From the IMG/VR virus record IMGVR_UViG_3300005805_000342, positions 1 through 28,658 of that record: a stretch of 28,658 nucleotides of DNA, one strand, 5' to 3'. Shown piece by piece: positions 6,157 through 15,262 of the stretch (positions within the stretch are counted from its first letter, which is position 1; every line of letters begins with the position of its first letter). Origin of the DNA: a virus (Duplodnaviria; Caudoviricetes). Position numbers and translations under genes: made by a program. The notes under the pieces are model-generated. The model was not told where the DNA came from and ran no database searches. It saw nothing but the letters and a program-made list of their open reading frames with translations.

Positions 6157-9100
6157 TTAACTAAAAACCCCTATCTTTGGTTGATATAATGATGTTGTAG
6201 AACCCCAAGCAAGTTCAATCGGAATAACAGTTGATTTTCCTGGCAACAAAACTGGAGGTGTTGCTGGTGTTTGTGGAGAAGCTGCTGTTTTAGGAGCATT
6301 TGCAGTTGCCTTCAATGCTTCTGCAGTTGCCTTGGCAGCTGCTTCTTTAGATGCTTTTGCTTTATCATCTTTCGCTTTAGCTGCCGCATCACTAGCAGCA
6401 GAAACGTTTGTGGCTGGGGGAGCATACCCAAGACTTTGATTTAGTTTTTGAATTGCTGTTTCTAGAGCTTGGAATGGATCTTGTTGTGGTTGTTCTCCGT
6501 CTACTGGAATATTATTTTGTTGCGCTGGATCTGTTCCTGGTTTAGCACCTTGGATTGGTTTACCACCAATAGTAATATCGCTAAGTGCTCCTGTTTTCAA
6601 AGGATCAAAAGATCCATCCTGCCCAAAACTTAACTTGCTTCTGTGTTCATAATGTAAGTGGGGACCAGTCCCGACACCAGTATTCCCTAGTGTACCAATC
6701 TTAGTTCCAGGTTGTATAACATCTCCTTTCTTAACTAAGAATCCATCTAGGTGTGCAAAACGAAGAACCTTTCCAGGCTTCACTTCCAAATCAACAGTAT
6801 TACCATAACCACTATAGGTAGATGCATAAAGAACCTTACCACCAGTTAAAGATGTAATTGGAGTACCAGTAGGAACACCAGCAAGATCTACACCAGCATG
6901 AAACTTACCCCAACGAGGTCCATAGTTGGATGTTATAACTGCACCGCCAGAAGTAGCGGTTTTTAATCCAGCATCACCAGAACCCTTAGGATCTTTTACT
7001 TCTCCTCCTTTAGCATATCCAGGAAGAGCATATCCACCTTGTTTCGCTTGACGCATCCTTGATCCAGTCAAACCAGGATTATTTTTAGTTGCTGGAGTAT
7101 CAAAAGGTACTACAAATGCTCCACCAGCAGCTTTCTTAAATCCAACCCATTCAGTTCCATGACCAATAAAGGCAGTAGAACCACCGCCATCTAGAGATAC
7201 TGGATAACCAGACATAGGACCAGAGATCCATCCTCCTTCTGCTTTTTTCGGTGTTATAACAGGACCATATCTTCCGTTAGTTGGTTTTTCCCATTTATCT
7301 GGAGTATTTCCAGCTCTTCCTGCTCTCTTTCCTCTGGCTTTGAGAATTGCTCCCATTGCATAACTAAAATACCCAACAGGAGTTTGATCTCCACCAAACA
7401 TTCCCTTGAGTATTTTAACCTTACCATTCGATAGGTCTCTGACTAATGGACCGCCAAGATATTTTGGATCGATTAGTACAGATGATGTTAAATCAGTAAG
7501 AGGATCTCCTGGTTTTTTCCATTCAAAAACATCACCAGCATCATTATACCAATATCTATTATTTCCACCCTCAACTGGCATGAGTCCACCACCAGGAGAA
7601 TGTCTAGCAGATTTACCTTCTCCTGTAGTAGTACCCTGAATTCCTTTAAGAGTTCCATCATCTCGTAATCCTCCTGCTCTCTTTATTGATTCTTGAGCAG
7701 TATTAGTAGATCCACCAGCAGCTCCTCCTCCCTGAGCACCAGGAGTAGTTGTGGGGGTATCGGTGGGAGGAGGTGTATCTGTAGTAGGTGCAGGTGTAGT
7801 AGTTGAACTACCACCAATTTTGTTTCCAATCACCTGAACAGCAGCAAGCATATTGCTGAGTAATCCAAGTACAGAAGTATCTGCAACTTTCTTATAAGTT
7901 TTAGAATCTTCTTTTACTGCTACACCTTTACCAAAGATTTTATCTAAAACTCCTCCTTTTCCTCCTTTGGTTTTAACTTTACTATCTTTTGATGTCTTTG
8001 ATGTTAATCTTTTAACTAATGATGGAGGAACACCAAAACTATTTGCAATAGGAGCAATAATATTTCCAATTATAGGGGTCAACATTTTACCCGCAGGTGT
8101 TCCACTAACAATACTGGAAATATTAGCAAGAATACCAGCACCAATCCCTCTAAATGGTGCAATAAAAAGATCTGATAGTTTTTGTGCTTGTTTTGAGTCT
8201 CCACCACCTTTGAACATTCCTCCTAAAGAAGACAGTGGTTTAATGCCAGCATTCGCCATCCTCGCAGCATTACTGAGAGGCATACGCATTTCTGGTCCCC
8301 TTTCACCTATCAATGCTGATGTTGGTCTGGTTGCAACACCTCCCATTGCCAACTCTGGCAATCCACCACCAGATCCACCACCAGATCCACCACCAGCAAC
8401 GCTTCCAGGTTCAGCACTGAATTCACTAGGACCACCAGCCATCTGTGCTCCGACGACCAGTGGAACAGCAATGGTGGCCACAGCAGCAGCACCCTTCGCT
8501 ATTGCTCCTAAACGTCCTCCACCTCCTCCTGCTGCCCCCTTAGCACCCTGCTGAGAGGACCATGCACCAAATCCTCCACCAGCAGCAGCACGACCACCAC
8601 CAGCAACTTGCTTTGCTAAAGTTGCCTTTGTTTTAAATAGTGACGAATAGAGAGTCTTAAGTACCCAACCAACACCTTTTAAAACTAATCCTGGTTTCTT
8701 GAGAATTAATGCGCCACCAAGTATAGCCCCAAATCCAGTAATGAAAGTAACAAACCCACCAAGTTTTTGAAATATATTTTTCTTGCCATCTAACATGGTG
8801 GCAAGTCCATCAAACATCTTAACAATATTATCCCTGAGGAATCTAGAGAAGAAAGTAACTACATTAACGATTGCAGAAACAATCTTAATTAACTTCTCCA
8901 TATTTGCTGGATTACCCATCCATCTCAATACAGACTGAGTAACAACAAACTTAAGTAACGCACCACCAAGTTGAGCTAACCCAGCAAGAAATCCACCTGC
9001 TACTGCGGTTGCTGCTTTACCAACTCCTAAAGATGGGAATCCACTCCCACCTTTCTTCATCTTATTCTTTTCTTCTTTCTCTTTTTGAAATCTCTTCTTC

Positions 9101-9339
9101 TCTTCCTCAAACTCCTTGTCTTTTAGTTTAAGATTTTGAATTAATGCATCTCTAATCTGCTTATTAATTACAATAGTAGAGTTGATAGTAGCACCAATTC
9201 TATTCAATCCTGTGGTAAATGCTCGATATGAAACCTGAGATGCTTTCATTCCAGCATCTTTAGATGAACCACCTGCAGATGGTAAAGATACCATCTTATA
9301 CATTGTGACTTTAGAAGATTTAGGTGCAGTTACAGCCAT
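6157..9339 (-). CDS. tape-measure/baseplate-hub-like virion protein with M23 endopeptidase domain
   Basis: HAGVDLA...GYGNTV...FAHL...GPHLHYE M23 zinc motifs (about 6590-6940); coiled-coil and hydrophobic helical N-terminus; LAMGGVATRPTSALIGERGPE motif. Confidence 0.75.
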   Translation of the reverse strand: MAVTAPKSSKVTMYKMVSLPSAGGSSKDAGMKASQVSYRAFTTGLNRIGATINSTIVINKQIRDALIQNLKLKDKEFEEEKKRFQKEKEEKNKMKKGGSGFPSLGVGKAATAVAGGFLAGLAQLGGALLKFVVTQSVLRWMGNPANMEKLIKIVSAIVNVVTFFSRFLRDNIVKMFDGLATMLDGKKNIFQKLGGFVTFITGFGAILGGALILKKPGLVLKGVGWVLKTLYSSLFKTKATLAKQVAGGGRAAAGGGFGAWSSQQGAKGAAGGGGGRLGAIAKGAAAVATIAVPLVVGAQMAGGPSEFSAEPGSVAGGGSGGGSGGGLPELAMGGVATRPTSALIGERGPEMRMPLSNAARMANAGIKPLSSLGGMFKGGGDSKQAQKLSDLFIAPFRGIGAGILANISSIVSGTPAGKMLTPIIGNIIAPIANSFGVPPSLVKRLTSKTSKDSKVKTKGGKGGVLDKIFGKGVAVKEDSKTYKKVADTSVLGLLSNMLAAVQVIGNKIGGSSTTTPAPTTDTPPPTDTPTTTPGAQGGGAAGGSTNTAQESIKRAGGLRDDGTLKGIQGTTTGEGKSARHSPGGGLMPVEGGNNRYWYNDAGDVFEWKKPGDPLTDLTSSVLIDPKYLGGPLVRDLSNGKVKILKGMFGGDQTPVGYFSYAMGAILKARGKRAGRAGNTPDKWEKPTNGRYGPVITPKKAEGGWISGPMSGYPVSLDGGGSTAFIGHGTEWVGFKKAAGGAFVVPFDTPATKNNPGLTGSRMRQAKQGGYALPGYAKGGEVKDPKGSGDAGLKTATSGGAVITSNYGPRWGKFHAGVDLAGVPTGTPITSLTGGKVLYASTYSGYGNTVDLEVKPGKVLRFAHLDGFLVKKGDVIQPGTKIGTLGNTGVGTGPHLHYEHRSKLSFGQDGSFDPLKTGALSDITIGGKPIQGAKPGTDPAQQNNIPVDGEQPQQDPFQALETAIQKLNQSLGYAPPATNVSAASDAAAKAKDDKAKASKEAAAKATAEALKATANAPKTAASPQTPATPPVLLPGKSTVIPIELAWGSTTSLYQPKIGVFS

Positions 9340-9342
9340 TTA

Positions 9343-12300
9343 TTATATCGAGAATGTGATTGGAGTTCTTGGATATATAACCTGAGGTGCCGCAAATGCA
9401 GCTGCAGTATTTACAGAAGTATTTATTGGTAATGGAATAACACTGGGAGCTCCTGCTTCTTCTGATGCTTCTTTCATTGCTTTCACAGCAGTAGACATAT
9501 TATTAACTCCCTTAGCGGCAGCTGCAGAAGATCCTGTTGCTGCTAATTGAGGAGTATTCTTACCAAATGCTATCTCAGTTGTAGATGGTTTAGTACCTTG
9601 AGTTGTAGTAGTATATCCCAGTGTGGAATTTAGTCTATTAATTGCTTCTTCTAATACCTGGAATGGATTCTTCTGTGGTTCTTCAGGTGTCGAATCAGAT
9701 GGTCTTATTGTATTTGAATCAGATGGATTTATTGTAGTAGGTGCTCCAGATTCATCTTTTACTGTTGAATCTCCACCCATAAAACCTCTAGCCATGGCAC
9801 GAAGTTTATTTCCACCACTACCATTCGCTTCTCCCTTTTTCAGTTGCCAAAGATCCCATCGTTCACCAGTTCCTCCCCATCCCTTCGGACCATAATTATC
9901 ATGACCAGTATATCCATCTTTTAATGAAGCTGCTTCTGCATGAGTCATAACATTTTGTAGGTTAATATCACTTGGTTTCCATTTCCAACTCTTTGCGATA
10001 TTTGCAATTTCTTTCGCCATATTTGTAATCTGAATTGGTTTTGGAGGCATACTCCATGGGTCAGGATTACCACCCATAGCAGCAATACTTAATCCAACAC
10101 CAGTACCATTTCTCTTGTAGGTATGAGAAACAGATCTATCATTATAGTCATGAAGTCTAGCAACGGTTCCATCACCTTGTATAACTGAGTGATAATGACC
10201 AGGTTGTTTAAATTCATATCCACTAGCAGTCCAATGTAAAAATATTTTCCCTCCCTTAGCAAATTTAGAAGTATTCATTTCTTCCTTCAAAATCATCTTA
10301 TTTTCACTCAAAGGTCCATTTCCAGGTCTGGGATTAGTTAATAGACCACCTTTAGCCATTTTTGCATACTTACTGTAGACTTGATTACCATAGGTTATTC
10401 TATTATCATATCCAGGATCTCCAGGGCCTTCACCAGATCTTTCATATTGCTTAACAAATAAATGAGCAGCTTGTTGAACTGTCTTAGCACTTTTGAGAGT
10501 TCTTAAACTGAGTCCACCATCACCAGTATCAAGTTCATGCCAAACAAATTGTAATTGGGCTTCTAGTGTTTCTGGATTTAAATTTTTACTTTTAGCAAAA
10601 TTAACTAACTTTGGCCATCTATCTCTAGGATCCCATTGTGCAATTCCTTTATGTCCTATGCTGTTAGTAATTTTAGGATTTATATTAACTCCAGCCTCTT
10701 GCATGAAATTACCAACCAATCCTGCAGCTTGTTCTGGAGTCAATCCCTTAGATTTAAGATAATTAAATGCCTTCTCTGCATTTGCACTCCCAGTAAAATC
10801 TCCAGAAGTATCACCACCTCCTCTACGAGAAGGAGAAGGTGCTCCTCCACCACCACCTCCTCCTGATAAATTCTTCTTACTAACCCAAATTAAAGCACCT
10901 AAAATATTAGCAAGTTGACCTCTAAGCGTTAATGGATTATTTGCTGGATTTTTTTTATCCGTTATTCTAACTGTTTTATCTCCAATGAATAGAGAAATTC
11001 CACTATTATCTCCAGCATCAATTTCAAATTCTCCTTTTCCACCCTTATTAACAGTCTTACCTAAGGTATCACCACCACCTCCAGCAACTTTAGAAACACC
11101 AAAAAGATTTGCTGCAGATGCTAAATCAGATCCTATTAAGGACTTAGCAATTTCTCCTGCTGCGCCCATTCTGGATAATGCTGATTCTGTTGCTCCAATA
11201 ATGGTAGAAGCCATTGCACCACTACCACCTAGTTTACTTAAAGGTATAACTGCTTCTGGTCCATTCTCACCCAATCCAGCGATAGTTGGTCTATCGACAA
11301 TACCACCTTCAGCCATCCATGGAAGTTTGGGAAGACTATCTTTAATTCCTTTTATTGGACTTAAAATATTATTAATTAATCCCCCAAAAGCTTCATTTTC
11401 TTTTTTAACTAAATCTGGAAAGAAATCCCTACCAAATAAGTATGTGTCTAATACCATTGATAATGCTGATGTTGCGCCGCCAGTAAACAATCCAGCAATA
11501 TCCAAAATTGCAGATAAAGCTTCTAACGCAGCACCAGATTTATCACCATTCTTTAATCTATCGTAAGCAAAATATAGATTGACAAGACCACCTATAACTG
11601 GTATTGCTTTTCCACCAAGTTTCTTAAGAACTTCCTGTCCACCCTCTTTCTGAACCTTAGCCATGATCTTACTATAGCCAGGTATTTTCTGGATAGTTCC
11701 TACTGCCTTTTCACCAAGATTATTTGCAAGTTTAATTACACCTTTTTTCTCTAAAAAGTCGTAAGCTGCTTTAGCAATTGGTTGCATTGCCTTTTGAGTG
11801 CTAGATTTTATAAACTCTCCAGATTTAATGAGTTTATCTCTAGCACCTTTGGTTATGTTGCTGCCAAATTTTTTAAAATTTGCAAATGCTTTGGATAACC
11901 CACCAGTAACACTTTTTTTAAGATTAGATAAATTACTAGTAACACCTTTTTTAAGGTTAGTAAAGTTATCACCAATCTGAGTTAGTAAACCTTTTGGTTT
12001 TGGAGGTATTTTCTTAAATTTTCCTCTTACTTTGTTTAAAGCATCGCCAGGTTTTTTACCTGATTTAATAAGATCATCATAATACCTAGCAGCATCATCA
12101 CCATAATTTTCTGCTACCTTTTGAGCACCTCTGCCCAGCTGAGGTTTTGCTGATCCACCACCTCCCGCTGGGGTGGCACCGCCTCCGCCGCCTCCTCCTC
12201 TAGCAGATAAGAGATCAATCAATCCAATGATGTCATTAACAAGACTGAATGGATTTAATAAGTATCCAAGTGCTTTGAAACCTGCAATACCAATTAATAA

Positions 12301-12954
12301 TTGTCCTAATCCACCAAGTACTTCACCAAATCTATCTAAACCCTTCTTATCGCTACTTCCAAATACTTTTGCAAATCCAGTTAAAACTGCATCTGTAGAT
12401 TTGTAGGCAATATTAAATGCCCACTTAAAAACTGTAGAAAATGATTTAACAAATACTACTAACTTATCTTGATTCTTTCCATCGCCCATCCATCGAAGGA
12501 TAGTTTGCGATATTACAAATCTACCAACAAAAGATATTATTCCTGCAAATGGTCCAAATATTTTTTCTAACCATCCAAGGCTCTTCTTCTCCTTCTTCTG
12601 AACTTCCTTGGATACATCTTCTTGCTGCTTCTTATTGAAAGATTCGGATACGTCTTCTGCTTTTTGATCTTTTCTATATCCTTCTCTCTTCTTTCTAAAT
12701 GTTGTGGTCTGTGCTAGATATTTGTTCTCGTATATAATAATATCACGAATCTGTTGTTGGGTCTTACCCAGACCCTCCATAGCCATACCAATCCTATTAA
12801 TTGCCAGCATAGTAACGCGGGCAGATTTGACCTGTGAAGTTGCTCCTCCAGTAATGGTCTTTCCGCCCGCGATAATTGTTGCTCCACCACCCTTAGACTT
12901 TATGGATGATGGGTTAACAAACTTATATGGTTTAATAGTGCTGGTAAATGCCAT
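9343..12954 (-). CDS. tape-measure-like virion protein with phage tail lysozyme and amidase-like domains
   Basis: AAGLVGNFMQE...GIAQW...QLQFVWHEL lysozyme domain (about 10370-10790); IFLHWTA...YHSVIQGDG...HT..RN...THAE Amidase_2-like domain (about 9800-10250); MAEGGIVDRPTIAGLGENGPEAVIPL motif. Confidence 0.75.
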   Translation of the reverse strand: MAFTSTIKPYKFVNPSSIKSKGGGATIIAGGKTITGGATSQVKSARVTMLAINRIGMAMEGLGKTQQQIRDIIIYENKYLAQTTTFRKKREGYRKDQKAEDVSESFNKKQQEDVSKEVQKKEKKSLGWLEKIFGPFAGIISFVGRFVISQTILRWMGDGKNQDKLVVFVKSFSTVFKWAFNIAYKSTDAVLTGFAKVFGSSDKKGLDRFGEVLGGLGQLLIGIAGFKALGYLLNPFSLVNDIIGLIDLLSARGGGGGGGATPAGGGGSAKPQLGRGAQKVAENYGDDAARYYDDLIKSGKKPGDALNKVRGKFKKIPPKPKGLLTQIGDNFTNLKKGVTSNLSNLKKSVTGGLSKAFANFKKFGSNITKGARDKLIKSGEFIKSSTQKAMQPIAKAAYDFLEKKGVIKLANNLGEKAVGTIQKIPGYSKIMAKVQKEGGQEVLKKLGGKAIPVIGGLVNLYFAYDRLKNGDKSGAALEALSAILDIAGLFTGGATSALSMVLDTYLFGRDFFPDLVKKENEAFGGLINNILSPIKGIKDSLPKLPWMAEGGIVDRPTIAGLGENGPEAVIPLSKLGGSGAMASTIIGATESALSRMGAAGEIAKSLIGSDLASAANLFGVSKVAGGGGDTLGKTVNKGGKGEFEIDAGDNSGISLFIGDKTVRITDKKNPANNPLTLRGQLANILGALIWVSKKNLSGGGGGGGAPSPSRRGGGDTSGDFTGSANAEKAFNYLKSKGLTPEQAAGLVGNFMQEAGVNINPKITNSIGHKGIAQWDPRDRWPKLVNFAKSKNLNPETLEAQLQFVWHELDTGDGGLSLRTLKSAKTVQQAAHLFVKQYERSGEGPGDPGYDNRITYGNQVYSKYAKMAKGGLLTNPRPGNGPLSENKMILKEEMNTSKFAKGGKIFLHWTASGYEFKQPGHYHSVIQGDGTVARLHDYNDRSVSHTYKRNGTGVGLSIAAMGGNPDPWSMPPKPIQITNMAKEIANIAKSWKWKPSDINLQNVMTHAEAASLKDGYTGHDNYGPKGWGGTGERWDLWQLKKGEANGSGGNKLRAMARGFMGGDSTVKDESGAPTTINPSDSNTIRPSDSTPEEPQKNPFQVLEEAINRLNSTLGYTTTTQGTKPSTTEIAFGKNTPQLAATGSSAAAAKGVNNMSTAVKAMKEASEEAGAPSVIPLPINTSVNTAAAFAAPQVIYPRTPITFSI

Positions 12955-13106
12955 TATAGACTTGTCCTACCCTGCGCTTGCTTTTGTTGTTCCTGATACT
13001 TTTGTTTTTGATCTTCAAGATGACCAAGAAGTTTGTTAACATAATAGTCCTTTTCCCAAGGAACCATGTTTTCCAAATCAGAATAAGACCATTTATGATA
13101 ATGCAT
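12954..13106 (-). CDS. gp51: short gp51-like baseplate hub assembly protein (not in the ORF track); frame is open from the gp26 3' end
   Basis: Hand translation MHYHKWSYSDLENMVPWEKDYYVNKLLGHLEDQKQKYQEQQKQAQGRTSL*; TAATG coupling to the next gene; the frame extends upstream (RVALLHATLESHLETNFAL) to 13163. Confidence 0.85.
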   Translation of the reverse strand: MHYHKWSYSDLENMVPWEKDYYVNKLLGHLEDQKQKYQEQQKQAQGRTSL

Positions 13107-13156
13107 CAAAGCAAAATTAGTTTCCAAATGACTTTCTAAGGTTGCGTGGAGTAGGG

Positions 13157-13870
13157 CTACGCGAAAAAAGCTCCTAACCCCTCTAACTTGATTGTGCTCT
13201 TAACACCTGTCTTTGGATTCTCAACTTCGATATCATGTTCTAGTTTAGGCATATCAGAAAAGAAATTCTGTAGTTTTAAGAACTGATCACTCTTCATACT
13301 TTCAAGAAACTCCATAAGTTCTTTCTTGGTGTATGTCTTTACATCATGAACTTCTTCACCTTCATAAATTTGTTCCATGCAACTCACTGACAGTTCAAAA
13401 ATATTATCAACTGTAATATCTTCTCCCACAAAATTAAGTTTAACAAAAGTATCTAGTGATGGATACTTCATGATCAACCCAACTGTATCAGTCAACTCAA
13501 TTTTAGTTGAATGATTCTTTGGCCAAGTTACTTCAATAGATTCTAAATCTACCTCAATTTCAACTTGAGTTTCATCGTCATCTGGACAAGTTACCATAAT
13601 CTTAGAAACTTCACCAATAGACTTTGAACGAATCTTTAGGAATAGATATTCAATATCGAATGTTGCAAGATTATCGACCCTGCCTTTAAGATTAGTGCAG
13701 TTTTTAATAATTGTTTTGACTGCATTCATCATATCCTTTTCTTCGCCTAGTTGCATAGCAGTAAGAAGAAGTTTTTCTTCTTTAACTAGAAAGGGACGAT
13801 ATTTAACGGTTTCTTTTGTTGATGGCAATTCCAATTCATATTCAGGAACCACTAATTTAGGTAAAGGCAT
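13157..13870 (-). CDS. gp26: baseplate hub subunit, T4 gp26-like
   Basis: MPLPKLVVPEYELELPS...YRPFLVKEEKLLL...FDIEYLFLKIRSKSIGE...LEGLGAFF. Confidence 0.92.
   Translation of the reverse strand: MPLPKLVVPEYELELPSTKETVKYRPFLVKEEKLLLTAMQLGEEKDMMNAVKTIIKNCTNLKGRVDNLATFDIEYLFLKIRSKSIGEVSKIMVTCPDDDETQVEIEVDLESIEVTWPKNHSTKIELTDTVGLIMKYPSLDTFVKLNFVGEDITVDNIFELSVSCMEQIYEGEEVHDVKTYTKKELMEFLESMKSDQFLKLQNFFSDMPKLEHDIEVENPKTGVKSTIKLEGLGAFFA
13163..13169 (-). other. putative -1 ribosomal frameshift slippery heptamer T TTT TTC
   Basis: In-frame X XXY YYZ heptamer just before the last codon of gp26; the -1 frame reads into the gp51-like ORF. Confidence 0.6.
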
Positions 13871-13900
13871 AATTACTCCAATGTAATAATATCATAAAGC

Positions 13901-13908
13901 TATTTATC
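13901..13908 (-). promoter_or_regulatory. late promoter-like site for gp26
   Basis: GATAAATA about 30 nt upstream of the ATG; GGAG Shine-Dalgarno follows. Confidence 0.55.
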
Positions 13909-14782
13909 ATGTCGAAGGAGTAGTCTGTTGTCCACTTCCGTTCGCTGTTGTAGTTACCGTTGCCGTCTGAGAACCCTGCTGTTGAGCAGCTGGGTCATTT
14001 TGTAGTGAACTTGCTTGTGTTGCTTGCTGATTTCCAAGTGTATCAGGTACATTTTGAACTCCACTATTTTTTGGAACATAAAATCTATATCTTTCATAAT
14101 AGAAAGATACTTCCATGCTCATCGTTCCAGCAGGACCATTAGTAAGTTGCATATTACTAATGTTAAAAGGAAATACATTTGATAATGCCCAGCATCCAGT
14201 AACCTGATTCCATTTTACTTGTCCTGCTGTGTTTTGATCTGCAGTAGGATTAACTAAACTTACTGTGTCATTTGTCGGATTAATTCCACCTTTTTCATAT
14301 TTCATTATGTCCATAAATGGACAAACTGCATCATTATACCAAGAAACTCTATTACCAGAATCTTCGGTAATATAGTTCATCCATCTCTCAAAAAATACTC
14401 TAGTCTCTAATTGACGTGGTAAAGTAAAACTAATACTAATTTCGCTAAATGTTGTTCCAGTTGGATACCTATACAAAGAACCAACAGTTTTAGCATCTCC
14501 AGTTGTTATTTGTCTACTTGGAATAGTGACATCATTGGCATAATAAGTTAACATTCTCGATTTATCATTTCCAGGGCCGCCATAACTCAATCCACTAGTA
14601 TCAGCATTATTACCAGTAAAAAAGTCTGTAAAGTAGGTTCCTCCTGGTGACATACAGTTAGGCATTGACCTAAACCTAACCCAGTACATATTGTTAATAG
14701 AGGGAGGTTTTCTATTAACAAATGCCCTAAATCCTTGGAAACTATTCGCTCCAGAACCAGTTGTAGAGGTGAATGATGGCAT
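13907..14782 (-). CDS. baseplate tail-tube initiator-like protein (gp54/gp19 fold)
   Basis: VTIPSRQI...YPTGTTFSEISISF...FFERWMN...VFPFNISNMQL...VSFYYE pattern typical of tail-tube family proteins. Confidence 0.65.
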   Translation of the reverse strand: MPSFTSTTGSGANSFQGFRAFVNRKPPSINNMYWVRFRSMPNCMSPGGTYFTDFFTGNNADTSGLSYGGPGNDKSRMLTYYANDVTIPSRQITTGDAKTVGSLYRYPTGTTFSEISISFTLPRQLETRVFFERWMNYITEDSGNRVSWYNDAVCPFMDIMKYEKGGINPTNDTVSLVNPTADQNTAGQVKWNQVTGCWALSNVFPFNISNMQLTNGPAGTMSMEVSFYYERYRFYVPKNSGVQNVPDTLGNQQATQASSLQNDPAAQQQGSQTATVTTTANGSGQQTTPST

Positions 14783-14793
14783 TACTTTGTCTC

Positions 14794-14827
14794 TATAAAT
14801 AGATTTATTAGACCCAAATTATTTATG
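14794..14827. promoter_or_regulatory. pair of T4-type late promoters for the divergent genes
   Basis: TATAAATA on + (14794-14801) before gp4; CATAAATA on - (14827-14820) before the gp54-like gene. Confidence 0.65.
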
Positions 14828-15259
14828 GCTTATACTGGTCGTTATAAACCTGAAAATATTTTTAAGTATAAGGGCGATGTAAATAATATTATTTACAGAT
14901 CTTCATGGGAACTAAAGTTTATGATTTATTGTGATAGAAATAAAAATATTCTTGAGTGGGGAAGTGAAGAAATCTTTATACCATACACATCTCCCGTTGA
15001 CGGAAAACGTCATCGTTATTTCCCAGATTTTTACATTAAAGTAAAAAACAAGAATGGTGAAACTAAAAAATATCTTGTGGAGGTTAAACCGCAATACCAA
15101 ACACAAGAACCACAAAAGAAAAAAAGAGTGACAAAACAATATGTAAATGAAGTAGTGACATATTCAGTCAATCAGGCAAAATGGAAAGCTGCTGAAGAAT
15201 TTTGTAAAGATCATATGTGGGAATTTATTGTATTAACCGAAAACGAACTTAAGGTATAA
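14825..15259 (+). CDS. gp4: head completion nuclease, T4 gp4 (TnsA-like)
   Basis: YRSSWELKFM...WGSEE..IPY.SPVDG..HRYFPDF...EVKP...NQAKWKAA. Confidence 0.93.
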   Translation: MAYTGRYKPENIFKYKGDVNNIIYRSSWELKFMIYCDRNKNILEWGSEEIFIPYTSPVDGKRHRYFPDFYIKVKNKNGETKKYLVEVKPQYQTQEPQKKKRVTKQYVNEVVTYSVNQAKWKAAEEFCKDHMWEFIVLTENELKV

Positions 15260-15262
15260 AGA

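Noticed and set aside
8363-8395. Tandem repeat (ccaccaccagat) of about 2.5 units
   Set aside because: Encodes a GGGS linker; ordinary low-complexity coding sequence, not a CRISPR or DGR repeat.
7967-11566. Several 75-195 aa plus-strand ORFs antisense to the tape-measure-like genes
   Set aside because: Pro/Ala-rich mirror translations of Gly/Ala-rich sense codons.
14825-15259. TnsA-like domain suggesting a Tn7 transposon
   Set aside because: It is the T4 gp4 head-completion nuclease in canonical gp4-gp48-gp53 context.
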